Of a DNA stretch of 64,000 bases, positions 9,682 through 17,851 are shown one piece after another; the first letter of the stretch is position 1, and each line of letters opens with the position of its first letter. The position numbers and the translations under genes were made by a program. Location: the NCBI GenBank assembly GCA_019057795.1, contig JAHLWS010000073.1, forward strand, positions 1 to 64,000. The letters run 5' to 3'. The notes beneath the pieces were generated by a model, which did not search any database, was not told the origin of the DNA, and saw only the letters and a list, made by a program, of their open reading frames with translations. The stretch is from Promethearchaeota archaeon (lineage in GTDB: Archaea; Asgardarchaeota; Lokiarchaeia; Sigyniarchaeales; SOKP01).

Positions 9682-11010
9682 ATGTTAGGAGGAAAAGGAA
9701 GGACTTTAATTCTATTTTCAGTTTTTTTTCTAACAGCTGGATTTGCATTTGAGAATTATTTTTTGATTTATTTCGCTATACTTTTGCTATTTAGTACCGT
9801 TATAAGTTTACCCCTTTTCTATTACCAAATGAACATAGAAGAGTTGCGGGTACATAGAGAGCTCGAAAAAGAGAAAGTATTCAAAGACGATTTTGTTCAT
9901 ATAAAAGTTGTAATTGAGAATACTGGCAACAAAGGTTTTGATTTTCTGGAAATAAGGGATTATTACAACCCTCAACTTTTTAGATTAGTATTGGGGGAAA
10001 ATTTTATTTCTACAAGAATAGGACCAAAAAAAGTAATAAAATTTAGTTATGTGCTGGAACCAAAAGTGAGGGGTGAATACCCTATAGGTCCACTATCTGT
10101 AACGGTTAAAGATAGATTAGGTTTTAATTCGGTGGAAAGAATTGTGCCTGACAGTGTTTCAGATATACTGGTTTATCCTCCTTACGAAGATATAAAAAGA
10201 ATAGAAATTTTAGGTTCTAAACGCTCTTTAACTTTAAATTATGGGCTACAAAGATCAAAACAGAAGGGTCTTGGCTCAGAATTTTATGGAATGAGAAGGT
10301 ATGTATTTGGAGATCAATTTAGACTCATTGATTGGAAAGCGAGTGCTCGAACCCAGAAGTTAATAGTAAAGGAATATGAAAGTGAAAGAGATGTAACGAT
10401 CATGATATTGGTAGATTCATCGAGTTCTATGGCAGGTGGTGCAATAGAAAACACAAAATTCGAATACGCAATCAGAGCTTGTATGCTGTTAACTAAAGTG
10501 GCTTTAACTCGAAAAGATAATGTGGGCGTATTTACTTTTTCAGATAAGAAAAATCTCCAATTCTTAAAGCCTAGGAGTGGAGATGATCAATTCTATCAAG
10601 TATTAGATTTTGTTGCAAGAGTCAAACCACAAGGAAAGTTAAGAATGGTTGAAGCAATGGATTTTTTTAACAGACGGTTTCAAAAACGTAGTTTAATATT
10701 TGTTATTTCAGATTTAGAAGCAGATGTTAAAGAAATAGGACATGCAATTCGAAAATTGGCTCCATTTAATCATACAATTATAATTATCAATCCTTTTAGT
10801 CCCTGGTTTGAAATCCATGAAATTGATTTGTCGTCAACAGATAAAGCTCTTGCTGAAGCAATCAGTGAAGAAATGATGGAGCATATCCTAAAATTTAAAC
10901 AAGAGGTAAGACATTTAGGAGTTAATATTATAACTGTTGGTCCAGATGATATGATGAATCAAGTTTTAGGTACTTATATGGAAGCGAAGAAAAAAGGGAG
11001 TGCGTATTAA
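9682..11010 (+). CDS. DUF58 / vWA-domain protein
   Basis: EFYGMRRYVFGDQFRLIDWKASAR, MIDAS-like VDSSSSM, VISD; follows moxR. Confidence 0.93.
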   Translation: MLGGKGRTLILFSVFFLTAGFAFENYFLIYFAILLLFSTVISLPLFYYQMNIEELRVHRELEKEKVFKDDFVHIKVVIENTGNKGFDFLEIRDYYNPQLFRLVLGENFISTRIGPKKVIKFSYVLEPKVRGEYPIGPLSVTVKDRLGFNSVERIVPDSVSDILVYPPYEDIKRIEILGSKRSLTLNYGLQRSKQKGLGSEFYGMRRYVFGDQFRLIDWKASARTQKLIVKEYESERDVTIMILVDSSSSMAGGAIENTKFEYAIRACMLLTKVALTRKDNVGVFTFSDKKNLQFLKPRSGDDQFYQVLDFVARVKPQGKLRMVEAMDFFNRRFQKRSLIFVISDLEADVKEIGHAIRKLAPFNHTIIIINPFSPWFEIHEIDLSSTDKALAEAISEEMMEHILKFKQEVRHLGVNIITVGPDDMMNQVLGTYMEAKKKGSAY

Positions 11011-11013
11011 AAA

Positions 11014-12462
11014 ATGACAAGATATTACATTTTAATTTTAAAAATTGTTAATGCGTTAATTTTTATATGGATTCTAACTATTTTTTTCTCAGTATTTCAT
11101 TTTGACGAAGTTGTTACAACTTCAAGTGGAGAACTTGTATTAACTGCATTTTTTATTAGTTTAAAAAATTTGGTTACTTATCTTATTTTTACAGCAGCGT
11201 ACGGCATTGCTATTCTTAGCGTTCTTATCTCATCCTTAATTTTTTTAGCAACACAGCCACAAATGATTACATTATTAGAGAACTTTTTTCGAGGTCTATT
11301 AAGTCTTTGGTTTACATTCCCTAATGGGACAACTCCAGACATTCGTCAAATTCCTGATTTACTCGGGCAAGAACTAGCTTTTTTTAATGAGAATATTTAT
11401 TTAATAACATTTCAAATCTTAATTATAATCTCAATAATTTACGCAATTAAAGCTTTTCTTAAAACAAACCCAAAGAATGATCTTATGGTCGTTGGTTCTA
11501 TAGTTCTTATGTTAGTAATTCCTCTTATGGTGTTTGGATTTAAGGATATGCTAGATTTATTTAATATAAACATTCAATATTTGGAAGAATTGCCGTATCC
11601 TCTTGATATTTCTCTAGAGGAGATACCTATTGATGATGTATTTCAATTTTTTGCAAGTCCAGTTATACTTCTTGCAATAACATCTTATATTTATTTAGAA
11701 ATGGCTTTTCAAATAAATTATACATACACTGTTACTAAACCGTCTTTAGAAAGAAGCCATCGATTAGAGGCTCAATTGACTATATTACAAAGTGAATCCT
11801 ATTATATAACTGCAAATGTTGATAAAATAAAAGAAGAAGCTAAAAAAAGAAGAGAAGAGTTAAAGATTGAAGATAAAACAACAATGGGTATTAGCGGTTT
11901 TTTTGCCAAAACTGGAGAAAGATTTTCATATGTAAAGGAAATGATTGAAAAAAAAAAATTAGAAGAAGAAGAAAAAAAGTTAATAACCGCGGCATCAAAA
12001 ACCAGAAGGCTTGGAAGATATATACATCGACTTTTCCAAGAAGATTTTGAAGCCCGTGATACTTTAACGGCCAAATCTTCGGCACCTAAATCACAAAGTC
12101 TTGTGGTTTCAACAATCATTAATTTTGTTTTCCGAGTTGGGATATTAGTAATTATTAGTTTTATTATCATTCATCCTAAATGGTTCATGGAACATATTTT
12201 TCATTTACCTCCCGCTATCGTTGAGAGCGTTGTTATGCATTCTCCAGAAACTATAATAATTTTATTAATTCCGTTAATGTTAATATTCCCTGTAATCTCA
12301 AAAGTAATTTCTTCTATAAAACATAGGAATCTAATTATTCGACTTCAACAAGAAGGACGAATTAAAGAAATTTTGGCTTCTGTAGGTGATTATGTTAAAA
12401 AAGTGGAAGTTGAAGAGGAAAAAGAAGTTGAAATTGAGGAAGCGCCAACACAAAGTACTTAA
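11014..12462 (+). CDS. Multi-pass membrane protein with charged cytoplasmic loop (last gene of MoxR operon)
   Basis: 482-aa ORF with several hydrophobic helices, 3 nt after the DUF58 stop. Confidence 0.7.
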   Translation: MTRYYILILKIVNALIFIWILTIFFSVFHFDEVVTTSSGELVLTAFFISLKNLVTYLIFTAAYGIAILSVLISSLIFLATQPQMITLLENFFRGLLSLWFTFPNGTTPDIRQIPDLLGQELAFFNENIYLITFQILIIISIIYAIKAFLKTNPKNDLMVVGSIVLMLVIPLMVFGFKDMLDLFNINIQYLEELPYPLDISLEEIPIDDVFQFFASPVILLAITSYIYLEMAFQINYTYTVTKPSLERSHRLEAQLTILQSESYYITANVDKIKEEAKKRREELKIEDKTTMGISGFFAKTGERFSYVKEMIEKKKLEEEEKKLITAASKTRRLGRYIHRLFQEDFEARDTLTAKSSAPKSQSLVVSTIINFVFRVGILVIISFIIIHPKWFMEHIFHLPPAIVESVVMHSPETIIILLIPLMLIFPVISKVISSIKHRNLIIRLQQEGRIKEILASVGDYVKKVEVEEEKEVEIEEAPTQST

Positions 12463-12498
12463 TATAATACAATTCTAGTATACCTATTTAACCTACGA

Positions 12499-13434
12499 TT
12501 ATGTTTTAATATCTATTACAAACTGAGCTAATTCTTTTTTTTTCTCTAAGGTTACCATCATGGTATCAAAACAATAAGTATGTATATCCAATTTCTCTAT
12601 TTCCGATTTTAATTTACAATCGTTTTTATCAATGATAAAATGACCAATAATCTCACGATAATATTTTGCTACGCCAACGCAAGAAACTTCTATTCCAAAG
12701 CATTTCATTAATTTGTCCGCTGGACCCTGTACCGTTTCTCCTTTTATAATGGGGCTAATTGCTATTACCTTTTGCTTAACTTTTTTTAACGATTCTCTAA
12801 TTCCCTTTACACCTAATATAGTTCCTATTGACACTATCGGATTCGAAGGGCAAATTAGAACCTTCTTTGCTTTCTTAATATAATCCAAAATGTTATTAAC
12901 TGGCCTTGCTTTTTTAATGCCTTGAAATTGTACGTCAATAACTTTAGGTTCACAATGGTATTTAATGAAATATTCTTCAAAATGCATTTTTTTTGAATCT
13001 GTTGTAATAAATGTTTGTACGTCTTCATTACACATAGGTATAAGTTGAGATTTAATTCCAAATTTTTCACAAATTATCGAGGTTATTTCTGCCTTATTAA
13101 AGCCTTTTTGAAATAAATCTGTACGATAAATATGAGTTGCCAAATCTTTATCTCCAGCGTTAAACCATTCAAAACCGTAATACTTTTTCAAAATGCTTAA
13201 ACAATTAAAAGTTTCATCTTGAAAACCCCATCCCTTTTCTTTATCCACTATATTGGCTAAAGTATAAGTAATAATATCTATATCGGGACACATTTTTAAA
13301 CCGAATAATTCGATATCGTCACCAGTATTAATAATAATCTTTAATAACGCTGGATCAATAACATTTGCTAGACCTTTAATGAATTTTGCGGCTCCAACGC
13401 CTCCAGCGAGTATTAAATAATATTTATCGTTCAT
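12499..13434 (-). CDS. cofD: 2-phospho-L-lactate (or EPPG):FO transferase, F420 biosynthesis
   Basis: LAGGVGAAKF, NTGDD, CPDID, GDKDLATH, HFEEYF, PSNPIVSIGTIL, GPADKLM. Confidence 0.95.
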   Translation of the reverse strand: MNDKYYLILAGGVGAAKFIKGLANVIDPALLKIIINTGDDIELFGLKMCPDIDIITYTLANIVDKEKGWGFQDETFNCLSILKKYYGFEWFNAGDKDLATHIYRTDLFQKGFNKAEITSIICEKFGIKSQLIPMCNEDVQTFITTDSKKMHFEEYFIKYHCEPKVIDVQFQGIKKARPVNNILDYIKKAKKVLICPSNPIVSIGTILGVKGIRESLKKVKQKVIAISPIIKGETVQGPADKLMKCFGIEVSCVGVAKYYREIIGHFIIDKNDCKLKSEIEKLDIHTYCFDTMMVTLEKKKELAQFVIDIKT

Positions 13435-13456
13435 ATTTATTCACATGATTAGTTTT

Positions 13457-14860
13457 TTATACTTTAAAAATTATATCTTTCAATTCTTTACGTTTGGGTA
13501 TTTGTTGTGTCTTTAACGATTGTCCTACGGTAAAAAATGCCATTGGAACAAAAGAAGACGGTAGATTCAATGTATTTTTAATAATTTCCTTAGCAAATAA
13601 AGGAGCACAATACCAACACGCTGCTAACTCTTTTATCTCAAAAGCGAGAAGCAAATATGTTGCTGACGCGCTTATGCTTTGCACTCCCATAATATATTCG
13701 TTTTTTTCTCTTTCTTGATCAGAATATTTCTCTAAATCTTGTGAGTCTAAACATAGAAGGATTAAATAAGGAGATCTTAAAAATTGATTTTTTGTTTTAT
13801 CGATTTTTTTTTTAATAAAATTTTTCGATTTACCATCTTTAAACAAATCTTCTCCTAGTTTAAAATTTATATTTTTTATTAAAGTTTCACGCAATTCTCC
13901 TTGTTCCATTATAATATAGCGCCAGAATTGACTATTATGCGCACTTGGTGCCCATCGCGCCATTTCAATGCACTCATTTATCACACTCTCCTCTATTTTT
14001 TTATTACTAAACTCTAATTTGTAACTTCTTCGTGTTTTTAATAAAATTTCAAAATTCTCTCGAAATTTTGCGTTTCTAAACAAATCTAGCTCTCTTTTTC
14101 TTAAGATTTGTTTTATTGAAGCATTTTCAGTTATGTTAAAATCATACCCTCTTATAACTACAACTGGCTGTCCTTCGTCAGCCTCTCCCATAATTAATTG
14201 AGCTGCAGATGCTAAATTATCAATTTGACCCACAATAGTGCTCAGTAACTCTTTTCCATATAAATCTTTGCTCCCTCTTTTATCCAAAATTGGATTTATG
14301 CCAGAAGCTCCTAAAGCTACGCCCACTGATCCTATCCTGAACGATCTCCCAAATGAATCAGAAATTAATACAGCAATTTTTTTTCCAGTTAATCTTTGGA
14401 GTGAAATTCTAATTTTTTCTGCTTCTTTGTCCGAATCTAAGGGTAACAAAGTAATTTCATCCTTACCTTCAACATTCGATTTGTCAATACCCGCATTAGC
14501 ACATACAAAACCATGGTGAGTCTCAACAATCATTACATGTTCAGCTTTTATTACTTCCGTAGATTCGTCTAATATAGCTTGTATTAATTCAGGGCTTTTT
14601 TCTAGTAAAGAATTTTTCTTTACCAAGGGCGTTATCTTTTTGTAGATTTCAATAGCTTTTTGACTTGGTTTAATTTGATTTAAATTCTGTGTCCTTCCAA
14701 GACTTTTTGAAATTATAGTTTGGGCAATAACTAAAATATCTCCATTTTCTAACGCCAAATTATTTAATTTTAAAGCATTAAAAATAATTTTGGGAATATC
14801 ATCGCCAGCTTTTATTAGAGGGATTTTCTTAATCGCAGTTAAGTTAATTTTTTCTTTCAT
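13457..14860 (-). CDS. cofE: F420-0:gamma-glutamyl ligase fused to C-terminal nitroreductase domain (FbiB-like)
   Basis: GFVCANAGIDKSN, DSFGRSFR, DLYG, MGEADEGQPVVVIRG; C-terminal RRSYK..ARWAPSAHNSQFWRY..ACWYCAPLF. Confidence 0.93.
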   Translation of the reverse strand: MKEKINLTAIKKIPLIKAGDDIPKIIFNALKLNNLALENGDILVIAQTIISKSLGRTQNLNQIKPSQKAIEIYKKITPLVKKNSLLEKSPELIQAILDESTEVIKAEHVMIVETHHGFVCANAGIDKSNVEGKDEITLLPLDSDKEAEKIRISLQRLTGKKIAVLISDSFGRSFRIGSVGVALGASGINPILDKRGSKDLYGKELLSTIVGQIDNLASAAQLIMGEADEGQPVVVIRGYDFNITENASIKQILRKRELDLFRNAKFRENFEILLKTRRSYKLEFSNKKIEESVINECIEMARWAPSAHNSQFWRYIIMEQGELRETLIKNINFKLGEDLFKDGKSKNFIKKKIDKTKNQFLRSPYLILLCLDSQDLEKYSDQEREKNEYIMGVQSISASATYLLLAFEIKELAACWYCAPLFAKEIIKNTLNLPSSFVPMAFFTVGQSLKTQQIPKRKELKDIIFKV

Positions 14861-14887
14861 TATCTTAAATATTCTTTATTTATCGAA

Positions 14888-15940
14888 TTAAATTTGATAA
14901 CTCTTTAAATCAGAAGCTTTACTTCTGGCAAATTTCTCAAATTCTTTTGGAATTGCACAACACGCAGATAAAAAATTAAAGTTCACATCAGGATCTTCTA
15001 CTTTTATCCATTTTAAAGATTTTTTTGAAGGAATTTCGATCCTCGTAATACCTGCTCGAATTGCGCATTTTTCTATTTCTACTTTTAAGGTCCCCCTTGG
15101 TCTCATGCATCCTAAGGAAGTTTCTGATCTTGGATAAATAAATCTAATTATTGAAATAACCTTTGCGATATCAATAGGTTTTGGTCTAATGAATTTTGTT
15201 TTAGAATTCTTAGGGGGAATTAAAGCGATTAATACTATTAAGGAGGGATCTAGTCCTGATTCTTTTATAAATTTTATTGATTCTAATTCTTTATGGAGTT
15301 TTCCGTAATGTAAACCAATACAGATGTGAGGAACTATATTCAAGTTATATTTTTGCAGAATTTCTATTGCCTTTCTATAATCGTCTAAATCTTTGTCTAA
15401 GTGATATATCTCTTTTATAATTTCCTCATCCATGTTTATATCAAAAGATACGATATCTACACCTACCTCGGCTAATTTCCTAGCCGTTTCTTCGCTGAGT
15501 AAACCCGTGTGCACATTTATTATTAAGTTAGTTTTCTTCTTTATTTTTTTAATAGTGTCTAAAAAATTTAATAAAGGAACTGAACCATCAGGTTGGCATC
15601 CTCCTGAGATTAAAACTCCAACGCCATCGTTACTAGATAAATCCATTAAAAAAGCTTCTAGGTCGTTATTATTTAAAATTGATATCATTCCATCAAGGTA
15701 TTTTTTATTACAGTGCTCACAGTGTAGCGAACATTCGGTTCCAGTAATACTAATTGCCGGAAACCTTTTATTGGGGATATAAATTTTTAATTCATTGCCA
15801 AAATTTTTCTTTTTCAAATTATAAGCAAGTTTAAAAAAAGGTTCTAAATCTTTTGATTCAAGATTTATCAACTCTTCATAATCAAACCAAGTCTGGGTAC
15901 CAGTTTTAAATTTCTCTAATAATACTCTAATTTCATTCAT
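14888..15940 (-). CDS. lipS1: Radical SAM lipoyl synthase subunit LipS1
   Basis: CSLHCEHC radical-SAM motif; GCMR and C-terminal CC motifs typical of LipS1; adjacent to lipoate ligase. Confidence 0.85.
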   Translation of the reverse strand: MNEIRVLLEKFKTGTQTWFDYEELINLESKDLEPFFKLAYNLKKKNFGNELKIYIPNKRFPAISITGTECSLHCEHCNKKYLDGMISILNNNDLEAFLMDLSSNDGVGVLISGGCQPDGSVPLLNFLDTIKKIKKKTNLIINVHTGLLSEETARKLAEVGVDIVSFDINMDEEIIKEIYHLDKDLDDYRKAIEILQKYNLNIVPHICIGLHYGKLHKELESIKFIKESGLDPSLIVLIALIPPKNSKTKFIRPKPIDIAKVISIIRFIYPRSETSLGCMRPRGTLKVEIEKCAIRAGITRIEIPSKKSLKWIKVEDPDVNFNFLSACCAIPKEFEKFARSKASDLKSYQI

Positions 15941-16724
15941 ATTTCTTTAACCATTCAATATTCGAATATTTCTGGAGAACTAGTTCTTCTGCTAATTCCA
16001 ATTCATAATCTGTATAAGTTCCTTCTTTTAATTTTATCCCTAATGTGGTTTCAAAACCATCTTTTAGAGATAATAGAAAATTTTCTTCATTATAATAATT
16101 TAATTGTTCCTTTATCCCGATACATTTAGCAAAAACAGACCTTACCATTTTGGATTTGCCTATGTTATGAGGTGCTTTTAGAACTGAATACATAAGTTCG
16201 GGATCGAGTTCTAACAAAATCGTTCCATGTTGGAGGAGATAACCTCTTTTTCTGACTTGTGCATTTCCAGAAAACTTTTTTCCATCTAAAAAAATTGCGG
16301 GACAATGTATAACTCCTTTTTCTGGTTGTAATCCATACTTTGCTAAACCCGCAATTATTCCTGCCTCTAATATTTCAAACTGCTCAATCACTTTCTTTGC
16401 ATTAAGCCTTTCTAGAAATTTTATAGGACACACAATAGAATATGTAATTTCGCGAGTATTGTCATGAAACACCGCTCCTCCCCCTGTAATTCTCCGCACG
16501 ATATTAAAACCCTTTTCAAGAGCTACATTCGTATTAACTTCGTTTGAAAGGCTTTGATTTCTACCTATTGATACTGTTGATGGTTCCCACTTAAAAAACC
16601 TTAAGGTGTTAGGAGATTCTTTTTCAATAACAGCATTTAGAATAGCCTCATCTAATGCCATATTCCAATATCCATTTCTAACTTCTATAGGAATAAATCT
16701 CCATTCTTTCAAATTTTTTACCAT
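15933..16724 (-). CDS. lplA: Lipoate/octanoate-protein ligase, catalytic (LplA) domain only
   Basis: NMALDEAIL, RRITGGGAVFHD, KKFSGNAQ, LQHGTIL. Confidence 0.92.
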   Translation of the reverse strand: MVKNLKEWRFIPIEVRNGYWNMALDEAILNAVIEKESPNTLRFFKWEPSTVSIGRNQSLSNEVNTNVALEKGFNIVRRITGGGAVFHDNTREITYSIVCPIKFLERLNAKKVIEQFEILEAGIIAGLAKYGLQPEKGVIHCPAIFLDGKKFSGNAQVRKRGYLLQHGTILLELDPELMYSVLKAPHNIGKSKMVRSVFAKCIGIKEQLNYYNEENFLLSLKDGFETTLGIKLKEGTYTDYELELAEELVLQKYSNIEWLKKYE

Positions 16725-16729
16725 TGTCT

Positions 16730-17731
16730 TTAATGAACGAACTTAATTAAGGATTGAAAAATATTATCTTTTTCATTTGTTATGAGTTTTCTCGGGTAAT
16801 TATAGACTGGACCAGAAGGTTTTGATGTATAATATGGACGATTGCAACCTGGACATCCCGATGTTAGAAATGCGCTGGTCTCGTCAATAATGTTCCGTAA
16901 ATCTCTTTTATTTAAATTGAATTTGATTATATCACAGTTAATATTAAAAGTAAAATCCTTAAGGTTTTTAAGTCCATTTATAAGAAGATATCTTCCAAGC
17001 TGTATTTTTCTAAAATGAATAACATCAGGTTGCCTGAGGTTTTCAAGACTTGTTCCTTTAATTGGTGTAAATGCAAATAAACTTACTCTGATTCTTAGTG
17101 TATTGAGTTTGTTAATCGTTGTTAAAATTTCTTTCTGAGTTTCGCCTAAACCAACGATTAAATGTGTGGTAACAAATCCTTCTGAAAAAATTTCTAATGC
17201 CGCTTTAAGATTTTGAAAATGATTATCCCAATCGTAAGGGCTATTAACCTTTTTACCTTTTACCTGCTCAAAAATTTTAGGCGTAGCGGCATCTAGAGCT
17301 ATACCCACCCTCTCAACACCAATAAGTTTTAATTCTTCTAATTTTTCTCTCGACATAGGTGGTATTGCGACAGATATTGGTGTATTACTGTTCTTTTTAA
17401 GTTGAGTAATAATTTCCAACAAATCTTGAAAATTTTGAGTGTAATTTAGAGTTTGAATGCAAACTCTTTTAAACCTTTTAGTAGGTGGTAAATAACTAAT
17501 TTTTGTTAGAAATTCTTTAAAAGAAAAAACTGGCCAGCTTACTCGCGAGAGCATCTCAACTGAGCTTTCCGATTCTCTGGCTTGGGGACAAAAACCACAA
17601 TTTGCAATACAATGCCCCTCTTTATAAGTCATGATATAACATGTAGTTGGAATATCTTTAAATCTTTTACTTTGATATAATCCAAGCACTGAAGCGCTCC
17701 CAATTGACACCCTAATATTCTCTATTGTCAT
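16730..17731 (-). CDS. lipS2: Radical SAM lipoyl synthase subunit LipS2
   Basis: CIANCGFC radical-SAM motif; LSRVSWP; TSGCPGCNRP motif typical of LipS2. Confidence 0.87.
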   Translation of the reverse strand: MTIENIRVSIGSASVLGLYQSKRFKDIPTTCYIMTYKEGHCIANCGFCPQARESESSVEMLSRVSWPVFSFKEFLTKISYLPPTKRFKRVCIQTLNYTQNFQDLLEIITQLKKNSNTPISVAIPPMSREKLEELKLIGVERVGIALDAATPKIFEQVKGKKVNSPYDWDNHFQNLKAALEIFSEGFVTTHLIVGLGETQKEILTTINKLNTLRIRVSLFAFTPIKGTSLENLRQPDVIHFRKIQLGRYLLINGLKNLKDFTFNINCDIIKFNLNKRDLRNIIDETSAFLTSGCPGCNRPYYTSKPSGPVYNYPRKLITNEKDNIFQSLIKFVH

Positions 17732-17851
17732 TATTAAACCAATAATTTCTCTAAAGTTAATCTTTTAGATAAAAATATGACTCAATTCAAAAAAAATTTA
17801 TTGTATAAATTATTCAAGTTTATATTTTTATAGGAATTATTTTGATGTAAA

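Noticed and set aside
14888-17731. Calling the two radical SAM genes biotin synthase or F420 CofG/CofH
   Set aside because: GCMR/CC and TSGCPGCNRP motifs plus the intervening lipoate ligase fit LipS1/LipS2 better
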